IMG/VR virus record: IMGVR_UViG_3300011008_000010
Span: 73,796 to 137,795 of that record
Origin: a virus
Lineage: Duplodnaviria > Caudoviricetes
Strand: one strand, 5' to 3'
DNA: 64,000 nt
How positions within the stretch are numbered: the first letter of the stretch is position 1; each line of letters opens with the position of its first letter. Shown piece after piece: positions 39,791 through 48,281 of this stretch. The notes under the pieces are model-generated. The model was not told where the DNA came from. It was given only the letters and a program-made list of their open reading frames with translations, and searched no databases. Made by a program: the position numbers and the translations under genes.

Positions 39791-39866
39791 CTCATCTAGA
39801 CCTAAAAAATCCAGACCGGTAAAAGTAAGGGTTAATAAGGCGAGATCAAAAGCCAAAAGAAGATGA
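39744..39866 (+). CDS. 40-aa extremely basic peptide, not in the ORF track
   Basis: GGAG upstream; MARARQIIRTKTRKTNSSRPKKSRPVKVRVNKARSKAKRR; followed by a terminator. Confidence 0.55.
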   Translation: MARARQIIRTKTRKTNSSRPKKSRPVKVRVNKARSKAKRR

Positions 39867-39868
39867 CT

Positions 39869-39903
39869 GAGAGATCCTTTCATAAGGGTCTCTCTTTTAT
39901 TTT
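39869..39903 (+). terminator. Intrinsic terminator
   Basis: gagagatcctt-tcat-aagggtctctc followed by ttttatttt. Confidence 0.7.
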
Positions 39904-39913
39904 AGGAGATGTT

Positions 39914-40123
39914 ATGAAAGTGAAAGTGGCTGGGATAAACACGGTAGAGGCAATTCTGTCGAATATAAAAGGCGATATGTCGAATGTTTTAAATGTTGTC
40001 GTCCCTACTTTTGAAGATGTATACGAAGCATTAGGAAGTCTCAATGACGAAAAAGAAAATGCCCCATCGGAACAAGAAATCAATGGATATGAAAATGCAA
40101 TCAATTCCATTTTCGCGGCTTAA
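39914..40123 (+). CDS. 69-aa putative fibre adaptor
   Basis: ATG after AGGAG; C-terminus YENAINSIFAA resembles that of the next gene. Confidence 0.65.
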   Translation: MKVKVAGINTVEAILSNIKGDMSNVLNVVVPTFEDVYEALGSLNDEKENAPSEQEINGYENAINSIFAA

Positions 40124-40158
40124 TAAATGCACATAAATACAGAAAGGAAATATAAATT

Positions 40159-40833
40159 ATGGCTATCACAAATTGGGTACAAGGGGATTTATACACTGCA
40201 CAAGCAGCCAAAGATTATGTCGATGGAAAGGTTCTGACAAATGTACCTGCGAACGCGTTATTTACCGACACTCTTTATGATGATACGGCCCTTGCTGGAC
40301 GCGTAACAACCGTAGAAAGTGCAATTACAACTCTTAATGGATCAGGAGAAGGTTCTGTTTCAAAAGCTGTAGATGATGCCATTGATGATTTTGCAACAAA
40401 AATTACAAACAATGATGTTATAGATACGTTCAAAGAACTTGTTGATTATGCAGCCGAAAACGGAAGCGATTTGGCTGCCATCACAGGAAGAGTCGGGACA
40501 TTGGAAACTGCCGTTGGATCAGCAGCGGTCGAAGGGGATCCTGGGACGCCTGCAACTGGACTGTATAGATATGCGGACGATGCAATTACTGCTGCAATCT
40601 CCGCTCTTACAATTCCAACCGTCCCAACAAATGTTAGTGCATTTACTAATGACACCGGATATCAGACGGCTTCAGATGTCTCTACTGCAATCTCTGGGAA
40701 AGCAAACAGTTCAGATCTTGCCACAGTTGCAACGACCGGTAGTTTTGCTGATTTAACAAATATTCCGGCTTATCTTTCACCAGATCTTTCAACATATGAA
40801 TCAGATATTGATGCAATTTTTGCAACCGTATAA
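40159..40833 (+). CDS. Phage fibre protein
   Basis: VPANALFTDT, DTFKELVDY, PTNVSAFTND and LATVATTGSFADLTN fibre motifs. Confidence 0.75.
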   Translation: MAITNWVQGDLYTAQAAKDYVDGKVLTNVPANALFTDTLYDDTALAGRVTTVESAITTLNGSGEGSVSKAVDDAIDDFATKITNNDVIDTFKELVDYAAENGSDLAAITGRVGTLETAVGSAAVEGDPGTPATGLYRYADDAITAAISALTIPTVPTNVSAFTNDTGYQTASDVSTAISGKANSSDLATVATTGSFADLTNIPAYLSPDLSTYESDIDAIFATV

Positions 40834-40887
40834 GATGTAGTGGCAGGTAGCAAGAATCCCTCTGCCTTTAGGCATGGGGAGTGTCAA
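40834..40887 (+). mobile_element. Short IS200/IS605 right-end scar
   Basis: agcaagaatccctctgcctttaggcatggggagtgtcaa; closely similar to 12114-12150. Confidence 0.65.
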
Positions 40888-40951
40888 TATTGATAGCAAA
40901 AAGCAAGGGCGAGGTTTTTGCTCTTGTCTTGTTTTATAAAGGGGGGTTAAA

Positions 40952-42616
40952 ATGCCTTCAATACAAAGCTGGGTCGATGGAGATCAATACACGGCTCAAA
41001 AAGCAAAAGAATATGTAGATGATATAAATGGATCGGTCGCCTCTGCTTTGTCTGCGATTCAAAGTTGGATGAACAACGCGGAAACAAGAATTGAAAGCGC
41101 ATCTTATCCAGAAGGTGGTATGACAGGTCAGGTTTTAACCAAAAGATCTGATGCAGACAATGATGTAAGATGGACGACGCTTGCAGGCGGTTCTGTGATC
41201 GTGGATGATGCGCTTGACAGTGAAAGCACAAATCCTGTACGGAATGATGTTTTAACCGAGGAACTTCGTAAAAAAGCGACGGGGTATTTAACCGTTACCA
41301 ATACGCGTACCACGGATGTTATTTCACAATCGGCGGTTTCAAACTATGCGACGTACTACACGGAGAATTATGAGAATCTGACAATCAATCATCCGAGTGT
41401 GGATTATGAAGAGATGATTGTAACCGATCCTGCAACCGAGGAAGAGTACAAACATATTTTCACGCCGACCGAACTTGATGATATGTGGGATTTTATCAGC
41501 GGTTCGGCAACCTCGGATGCCGCCCGGTCGTACACGTTAAAAGGAACTACTGGCAACAAGTATCTGTATCTTCGTCGGGTTTCGATCAACGATGCTTGGC
41601 AGTATTATTACACAGTAGCCAGATTGTCGAATACTGCCGAGGTTGTTGAAGCGGTTATCAATGAATATACAGTAACGACAATTGACGAACGGCTTATACC
41701 CGATACGATCTCAAGGACAGAGGATGTTGACTCGCAAATCGCTAATCTTGTCCAAAAATCCGGTGATACTATGTCAGGTAATTTGACAGTATCAAAAGAT
41801 TCTGGCAATACGTTCTTTGTTGCTGAGCGTACAGACGTAACGATCAGCAATAGAAGTTTAGATTCAAACCATAATTGGTATAACAAAAAGGCTAAGATTG
41901 GTATTGGATATGGTGTAAACGGAACAAATTGCGGTCTGTATCATTTTGGTATGGGGGCATGGATGCTCCGTTATAACCAACAGGGGGAGTTGACGCTTGG
42001 CGGCGGAGATATTCCTGTCACTTCGCTTGAAACGCTGAAAACGGCGTTAGGGCTGTCTGCATCTGGTGGCGATGGTGGTATGGTTGCTACTATGTACACC
42101 TACAGTGACTTTACCTATGCAACCGGATTTGCAGCGTATGCCACAGGATCAACGTCAAGCAGCACACCACGTATTATGAAGTGGGGTAGATTTGTTAATA
42201 TCTCTGGCGCATTTAAGGCGACCGCTACACAAACGACAGCGGACGCTGTGGACATCGGATACGTTCCGTCGGATTGCAAGCCGGTCTACAATCAAGCAGT
42301 AAAACAGCAGGCAAGCGGATTAGGCAGTTTTCTGTTGCGAATCTATGCAAGTGACGGACGCATGACGGCAGAACGGTATGACGGTGGTTTGGTCGGTGCA
42401 TGGGATGAAGTCGCGGATTATAGTTCGTTACCAGCGGCATCGAGTCATTGGCTGACTAACCATATTTACCGGACGTCGGATGATGATAAGTTATACAGAG
42501 CAATCGGAACGACGTCAACCAATGCCGTATGGACAGAAGTGACGGATTTGAATTTGAAATCTATCCCGATTCCGAATGGGGCATGGTTGAACATTAACAT
42601 GAGTTACATTTCGTAG
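40952..42616 (+). CDS. Fibre/receptor-binding protein
   Basis: N-terminus shared with 40159-40833; GGMTGQVLTK and KSGDTMSG motifs; C-terminal RBP-head-like region (KWGRFVNISG...IGYVP..CKP). Confidence 0.7.
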   Translation: MPSIQSWVDGDQYTAQKAKEYVDDINGSVASALSAIQSWMNNAETRIESASYPEGGMTGQVLTKRSDADNDVRWTTLAGGSVIVDDALDSESTNPVRNDVLTEELRKKATGYLTVTNTRTTDVISQSAVSNYATYYTENYENLTINHPSVDYEEMIVTDPATEEEYKHIFTPTELDDMWDFISGSATSDAARSYTLKGTTGNKYLYLRRVSINDAWQYYYTVARLSNTAEVVEAVINEYTVTTIDERLIPDTISRTEDVDSQIANLVQKSGDTMSGNLTVSKDSGNTFFVAERTDVTISNRSLDSNHNWYNKKAKIGIGYGVNGTNCGLYHFGMGAWMLRYNQQGELTLGGGDIPVTSLETLKTALGLSASGGDGGMVATMYTYSDFTYATGFAAYATGSTSSSTPRIMKWGRFVNISGAFKATATQTTADAVDIGYVPSDCKPVYNQAVKQQASGLGSFLLRIYASDGRMTAERYDGGLVGAWDEVADYSSLPAASSHWLTNHIYRTSDDDKLYRAIGTTSTNAVWTEVTDLNLKSIPIPNGAWLNINMSYIS

Positions 42617-42653
42617 TACATAGGATTAAAAGGTTATAAGAGAGATATAAAAC

Positions 42654-42926
42654 ATGAGTGACAAAACAAAACTTGACATAGATGAACTATCTTCTTCTGA
42701 TATAATTCATCTTGCAGAAGAATATATTCATCATGATCGAAACAGAAGGATATTTATAAAAAGATATACAAGGGGAATGACAATTCAAAAAATTGTTGAT
42801 TCGGAATTTGAGGAAGAAAAAGAAATAATTTCCATAGATCAAACAAAAAGAGTTCTAAAAAAGAGCCTTGAAGCAGTTATGAAACATGTTATGTTTGAAA
42901 ATGGGAAACTTAGGGTGACGATATGA
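42654..42926 (+). CDS. Small HTH-like regulator
   Basis: EYIH..RNRRIF.KR..RG.T pattern; helical. Confidence 0.5.
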   Translation: MSDKTKLDIDELSSSDIIHLAEEYIHHDRNRRIFIKRYTRGMTIQKIVDSEFEEEKEIISIDQTKRVLKKSLEAVMKHVMFENGKLRVTI

Positions 42927-42945
42927 TTCGTCGCCCTATTTTTTT
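42911..42945 (+). terminator. Intrinsic terminator
   Basis: tagggtgacga/tcgtcgcccta stem followed by T7. Confidence 0.75.
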
Positions 42946-43044
42946 CGCTCAAAAATGACCCATAAATTCTACTGTAATTATATTTTTATGCACTCGCAGA
43001 TAAGTCTATTTTTATTTATTATCTAATTTAAAGAGGTTAAATAA

Positions 43045-43412
43045 ATGGCTTTTGTTTATTTTTCAAATAATCCGAAAAGTAAAAATGTGGGCGACTGTGT
43101 AGTGAGAGCATTATCTGTTGCACTGGATACTGATTGGGAGTCTGTTTATATTAACCTGTGTTCTATTGGCTTGCTTGATGCGGATATGCCTAATTCAAAT
43201 GCTGTTTGGGGCAAATATTTAAAGGAAGCGGGATTTAGAAAACATATAATTCCCGATTCTTGTCCGGATTGTTATACTATTAGAGATTTTTGCAAAGATC
43301 ATTTTGTACTGTTCCATATTTATGCAGATGTTCTACGGTATCTGTTCGTAATACGAGTACGCAGGCAATAAATACAAGTAACTTCAATATTTTGTTCAAT
43401 AGAATACGCTGA
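43045..43412 (+). pseudogene. Probable deletion-fusion of two conserved phage genes
   Basis: NP..K.VGDCVVRA protein loses recognisable sequence after FCKDH; another frame (43308-43412) reads as a start-less C-terminus, TVSVRNTSTQAI. Confidence 0.5.
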
Positions 43413-43429
43413 AAGGAGGATAGATAATC

Positions 43430-43849
43430 ATGGATGACAGAATGCACAAACTTCATGAAATGATTGATCGTGGTATTGACGAGATTCTGACCAAGCCTTC
43501 TTTGGACAAAGAGACCGTCTGTATTGCAGGCGAGCTTGTAGATATCAAAAAAGATCTTACAACGATTGAGGCTATGGAAGAGTACGGATATTCTGAAGGT
43601 GTATATCCGATGCACTATAACAATAATGGACAAAGTTATGGCAATATGTATGCTCGCAATGCCAGAGGAAATGGACGTAGTGGCAGGGGCTCTTATGGAT
43701 ATAACTCCTATGGTAATCAAATGTACAATGACGGATATAGCCGTGGTATGGATGAAAATATGATGTCTCATTTTGAACAGGCTATGGTCAATGCTTCTAA
43801 CGAGCATGAAAGGGAAACAATTCGGAGATTAATGAATCAAATGAGATAA
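43430..43849 (+). CDS. Conserved Gly/Tyr/Arg-rich phage protein
   Basis: AAGGAGG RBS; VDIKKDLTTIEAMEE...YSR. Confidence 0.75.
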   Translation: MDDRMHKLHEMIDRGIDEILTKPSLDKETVCIAGELVDIKKDLTTIEAMEEYGYSEGVYPMHYNNNGQSYGNMYARNARGNGRSGRGSYGYNSYGNQMYNDGYSRGMDENMMSHFEQAMVNASNEHERETIRRLMNQMR

Positions 43850-43875
43850 CTATTGTAAATGCAACAATTACAGTT

Positions 43876-43922
43876 ACAGGCCGACGATTTCTTTTTGTAA
43901 ACGTCGGCCTGTTTCTATGTTT
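43876..43922. terminator. Terminator where late and early transcription converge
   Basis: acaggccgacg/cgtcggcctgt 11-bp stem followed by a T-rich tail. Confidence 0.65.
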
Positions 43923-43998
43923 TGGATCTATTTCGATCAAGGAAACAATTTTCAGATGAGTACGATTGCCCCTCCTTTCAATGTGTAATGTGCGTGTA

Positions 43999-44010
43999 GA
44001 ACAAACGTTC
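43999..44010. promoter_or_regulatory. Firmicutes LexA/DinR-type box
   Basis: GAAC-AAAC-GTTC, extended to the palindromic AGAAC-N4-GTTCT. Confidence 0.45.
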
Positions 44011-44180
44011 TGACTACGATTATGACTACAGTAACATTGTGCACAACCTATTGCCCAGTAAAATCAAGGGTTTCAAGGTCATTTTGAAGCTGCTGACGGG
44101 AATCGGACTTTCCCTGAAAGCTCACAACCCTTGATTTTACTGGGTTTCTCTTTAAAAATCAGTGCTACTATGGCTACGAT
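44011..44180. other. attP: tRNA 3'-end core (44088-44105), 19-bp inverted repeat and arm-type repeats
   Basis: Core on the minus strand is CGATTCCCGTCAGCAGCT; inverted repeat at 44054-44072/44126-44144; TGRCTAC repeats at 44011, 44023 and 44171; abuts the integrase stop. Confidence 0.75.
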
Positions 44181-45434
44181 TCAGGCTTGTTTTTGATGCA
44201 GTAGGGGTTTATTTTTGCCCAATGCGCTCTTAACCTGGGCAATTGCCTCTGCATTTGTCCGATTATTAAATAGATAATGCTTGCGTGTAGTAGCAATGTC
44301 TGTGTGCCCCATTTGATTCATAATGATAGTCTCATCCACATTGCCATTGAATAATCTGGTTGCGTATGTTTTTCTGGCTTTGTGCATAGATCTCTTTTTG
44401 ATCCCAATCTTATCGCAGATCCTTATAAGCTTTTGAGAAAAATAAGTACCGTGGATTCTTTCGCCGGTATTGGGACTTGTGAAGAGATATTCTCCAAATG
44501 GATTTAATCTGCGACATTGCTTAATAATTTTTATTGCCTCTTCTGTCAAGATGATTAATCTGGAGCCGTCTCTGCCCTTGGTGAAATCTTCAATATAAAA
44601 GATTGTATGACCCTCGTTATTTTTGCATCTCGTTTCTTTTCTGCAAATAAAAGCTACACTTGCATCAAGATCGAAATCAGACAACTTTAATCCGGAAATC
44701 TCTCCTACTCTAAGCCCTGTTTCAAAACCTAAAAGAATTCCATAATTCAACAAAGACGGTTCTTCTGAATAGATATATTTCTCAATCATATCTATTTCTT
44801 CGGATGTAAACACTGACTCTTCCGGGTGAAAGGTTCTTTTTTTAAACATATTCTTTGACAACATAAGATCTCCCATAAACCAGGAAATGCTTAGTGTTGT
44901 ATAGCCCTTTTCTTTCCCATACTTAAATATACCGTTGATAAGAGTTCTTGCGTTTGCCCATCCTTTTGCTGTTAACTGGTTATTCCGAATGAGAGATCTA
45001 ATGAAATGCTTCAAGATATCTTCTGTAATATGCCTAAAAAATAACAGCTCGATATCTTTTCCTTTGAAGTATCTATTATAATCGCCAACATATTTATCAT
45101 ATGTCTGCTTTTTTATTTCTCCATAATAGATCTTCTGGTCAACCCACTCTTTAAAGACGGTACTTATTGTCGGTTCGTCTACCCACTCTCTGTACCAGTT
45201 TGAAATATCATCTTCAAGAGACTCAAGTTTTCTTCTTTTGATCATCCTCCTTCCTTTTTCCTTGCGTGGATCCGGAAGATAGGTGAACCACTCTCCGGAA
45301 GGTCCTTGCCAAATTTTAAATTTGTGCAAACTAAGATAATGTTCTCTTTCATACATCTCAATTTGCAATCGCAACTCATCTTCGTCGATGATACCATTTG
45401 CGATTGCAAAATGTAAAGAATTATTATCTATCAT
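44181..45434 (-). CDS. int: Tyrosine integrase
   Basis: TGLRVGE, HKARKTYAT and MGHTDIATTRKHY catalytic motifs. Confidence 0.93.
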   Translation of the reverse strand: MIDNNSLHFAIANGIIDEDELRLQIEMYEREHYLSLHKFKIWQGPSGEWFTYLPDPRKEKGRRMIKRRKLESLEDDISNWYREWVDEPTISTVFKEWVDQKIYYGEIKKQTYDKYVGDYNRYFKGKDIELLFFRHITEDILKHFIRSLIRNNQLTAKGWANARTLINGIFKYGKEKGYTTLSISWFMGDLMLSKNMFKKRTFHPEESVFTSEEIDMIEKYIYSEEPSLLNYGILLGFETGLRVGEISGLKLSDFDLDASVAFICRKETRCKNNEGHTIFYIEDFTKGRDGSRLIILTEEAIKIIKQCRRLNPFGEYLFTSPNTGERIHGTYFSQKLIRICDKIGIKKRSMHKARKTYATRLFNGNVDETIIMNQMGHTDIATTRKHYLFNNRTNAEAIAQVKSALGKNKPLLHQKQA

Positions 45435-45755
45435 TTATTTTCCTTCCGCAGTTTATTTATCTCTTTTTGAAGATGAACGATACACTCCCAAAGAATTTTA
45501 CATTCTTTCTGAAGATCTTTTATGTTGCCTATGTCCGCACAATTGCTTATAGTAGAAGATATGTGAAAAGATGCCGAATCTAAATTTTTATCCACGTAAA
45601 TCATATATTGTCACCTATCTTTTCTTCTCCAGTATTCACAATCATCACCATCCTTGTATCCGGTTTCTAATCCATAGGATTCAGATTCTGTATGCAAGCA
45701 AACCCATTCTCTGTCTACCTTTATATGATATTTACATGTCCCACAGATTTTTTCT

Positions 45756-46172
45756 TCAAACATTTTCCTCAGTTTTAACCGATTCTTCATCGGATTTCTG
45801 CTGTTTTAACACTTGAGCCTTTTGTAAGTCTTCCTCTACTTTCGTCTTGTCTTCTTCTGAAAGTTCTTCAAATACATCAACATTTCTGGATTCATCATTG
45901 GCAACATCCATAATTTCCTGGATCGTTTTCATTTCATCTGAAAATTCAGAAAGAGTTAATTTAGTTGTTTTTTCACAAAGAGTCTTAATGTTTTCAAAGC
46001 ATTCCTTATAAGTATCAACAGAATTAACATCTATTCTGTCCAGATAACCCATAATAGCAGCAGCCACTGTTTTGGATCCGATGGCAATTCCTTGTGCTCT
46101 TGCTTGTTTTAAATGTTTCATAAATTCATTTTTAGCATCGTCCATTGTCATTTCTTTTTTTGTGTCTTCCAT
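45756..46172 (-). CDS. Hypothetical phage protein
   Basis: AGGAGG RBS; co-oriented with the early operon. Confidence 0.7.
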   Translation of the reverse strand: MEDTKKEMTMDDAKNEFMKHLKQARAQGIAIGSKTVAAAIMGYLDRIDVNSVDTYKECFENIKTLCEKTTKLTLSEFSDEMKTIQEIMDVANDESRNVDVFEELSEEDKTKVEEDLQKAQVLKQQKSDEESVKTEENV

Positions 46173-46208
46173 TTTATTTATCCTCCTGTTGTTTTGATGA
46201 TTTGATAG

Positions 46209-46502
46209 TTAGTTTTTAATTCGTGTATTCCACGCTTTGATGATGTTCTGCTTCGCCTTCTCCCAAACGTCTGGCGTTTGCCGACCTGTTACTACACCCT
46301 CCTCAAAGTTTGCTCCGCAATCTGGACACAAAATTTCCCAATAGCACCAATAACTCATGTCAGGTTTTCCGTTGTGACTCGGATGAATCAAAGAAAACTC
46401 AATATCTTCGCCACCGCAAAACGGACACGGAAGTAACTTGTCTTCGATCTCCTTGCGCTCTTGGTAGAAATTCGCTAAGTCTACACCGATTTCATGTTTC
46501 AT
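46209..46502 (-). CDS. Lar-family restriction-alleviation-like zinc protein
   Basis: LLPCPFCGG...CPDCGA...AWNTR. Confidence 0.75.
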   Translation of the reverse strand: MKHEIGVDLANFYQERKEIEDKLLPCPFCGGEDIEFSLIHPSHNGKPDMSYWCYWEILCPDCGANFEEGVVTGRQTPDVWEKAKQNIIKAWNTRIKN

Positions 46503-46806
46503 CCGTTTTGCCCTTTTGATATCCTCTGTTATCTACTTCGTTCTTATATTTTTCGTTTGCCTCTTGCTCATTTGGCATAACGAAAAGATTGTTTTGACAC
46601 GTACACAGGCCAATTTGTTTTATTATTTCTTTAGCCGCATAAAACCTGTATTCCCCAAGTAAGTGTTTCCATTCATATGTACCATTTGAAATTGTACCAT
46701 TTGAAAGTATTTGAGCCACTCCATTATTGTTGCCTGTAGTTTCTATATTAATGCTTAGTGCATGATCTAAATTAACAAGATCTCCTCTTTGTGTTTGAAC
46801 CCACAT
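46492..46806 (-). CDS. Hypothetical phage protein
   Basis: AAGGAG RBS; MWVQTQ.G.LVN pattern. Confidence 0.65.
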   Translation of the reverse strand: MWVQTQRGDLVNLDHALSINIETTGNNNGVAQILSNGTISNGTYEWKHLLGEYRFYAAKEIIKQIGLCTCQNNLFVMPNEQEANEKYKNEVDNRGYQKGKTDET

Positions 46807-47112
46807 TTTTTTTGCTCCTTATTCCCAAGTATCTACAACTTCTATCTTCGTGTCAGAATAATGAATTGATTCGATTGCTTTCTCAAATGCCTCCAACTCA
46901 TCAACGGCATCGATTGTTATTTCGTGAGCCGGAACATATACTATATATCTAATCATAAACTTATTCTTCCTCCCATTCCGCATAATTGCCATCAACAATT
47001 TTCACATACTTCTTTGTATTATCTACCCCATATATACCAGTTGCGGCTTCTTTTTCGGTTAATGAGACAAAGATATTTGTATTCGGAACTTCATAAAAAA
47101 ATTTTTCAAAAC

Positions 47113-47298
47113 TCATATGGAACCTCCATTAGAAAGATTCGTTACAGTTATCTCTTTGTCTGCGCTTCCAACTCCATTTACTTTAAAAATAGACTTACAA
47201 TCATTACATTTATATAGTTCCGGATTCGACATTTGTTTAATCATGCCGCTACAAATAGGGCAAACAGAGTCTTTGTACAACAAGTACAATGTTTTCAT
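47113..47298 (-). CDS. Small zinc-ribbon protein
   Basis: CPIC...CNDC. Confidence 0.55.
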   Translation of the reverse strand: MKTLYLLYKDSVCPICSGMIKQMSNPELYKCNDCKSIFKVNGVGSADKEITVTNLSNGGSI

Positions 47299-47301
47299 TT
47301 T

Positions 47302-47556
47302 TTATCCTCTTGGAATATTGATTATGATATCTTTTATATATTTTTTTCGCTTTTCTTTATCTTTACATATTTCATACGGTACATATATTTCTCTCGTATT
47401 AAATCTTTTTCCGCATTTAACACACTCTTTTCTTCTTTTTGGATATGTCTGAATAGCATCTTGTAATCGCTCGTCATTAAATTCATAATATTTTGCTTTT
47501 CCCGTTAACTTGGGACGCATGGTTTCTCCGCAATGAGGGCACTTAAGTTGTATCAT
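47302..47556 (-). CDS. NrdR N-terminal-like zinc ribbon protein
   Basis: KCPHCG...RRKECVKCGKRFNTRE. Confidence 0.65.
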   Translation of the reverse strand: MIQLKCPHCGETMRPKLTGKAKYYEFNDERLQDAIQTYPKRRKECVKCGKRFNTREIYVPYEICKDKEKRKKYIKDIIINIPRG

Positions 47557-47809
47557 ATTTCGCCTCTTTTATAATATGAATCCCGTTGCTTGCTTTATAT
47601 CCAATAGAATCAAAGATTTCTTTTATTTCCAATTCTTTCTGTTTGTAATATTCGCCGTCTTTTCCAGACAAAAACTTTGTTATGATGACGCCGGATTCGT
47701 TTGTAGAATTAAATCCTTTGGCTTTAAGGATTTCTGCCACATCATCTTTACTGTAAAAAATTTTCCCAGTTTCTTGAACTTGTTTTTCTTGTTTTTTCTT
47801 TGTCTTCAT
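47543..47809 (-). CDS. Hypothetical phage protein
   Basis: Overlapping ORF within the early operon. Confidence 0.55.
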   Translation of the reverse strand: MKTKKKQEKQVQETGKIFYSKDDVAEILKAKGFNSTNESGVIITKFLSGKDGEYYKQKELEIKEIFDSIGYKASNGIHIIKEAKYDTT

Positions 47810-48038
47810 AAGGATAATGCTGCTCCTTGGCTTTCATCGGAGCATGAATTCTTTCATATACTCCGTCTAATTCGTTACAACATTTATTGCATACGTCTCC
47901 ATATGGAGTCATCTTTCTCCATGTTTCGGGAAGAATATCGGAAAGATCTTCTTTTTTTTCTGTCGGAATATCAATTTCGTCAAAAGAAAGTCTGGCTCCA
48001 CACACATCACAAACAAAAGTAACTTGCCTTACAACCAT
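47748..48038 (-). CDS. Small CxxC...CxxC protein
   Basis: CDVCG...DVCNKC; GAGG RBS. Confidence 0.6.
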   Translation of the reverse strand: MVVRQVTFVCDVCGARLSFDEIDIPTEKKEDLSDILPETWRKMTPYGDVCNKCCNELDGVYERIHAPMKAKEQHYPYEDKEKTRKTSSRNWENFLQ

Positions 48039-48281
48039 TGCCCCACCCCTCTAATTACATAACATCTCCCCAAAGTTCTTTGTAACAATTTACGCATATT
48101 TGTGCTTTTGTTGAATGTGCGGGATTTTCAACGTACCATTGCTGAGAATAGTCATGTTCTTCAAGTTGAAGCCAATACTGTTTTGAAACATCCTTAATTT
48201 CCTCTTTACATCTGTCGCATTTTTGAATCGTCATTTCTTTTTTGTTGCTCCTTTCTTTCCTTTATACCCCTTATATTTTTT

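Noticed and set aside
44088-44105. Complete tRNA gene
   Set aside because: Only an 18-nt 3'-end fragment is present, with no D arm or anticodon arm.
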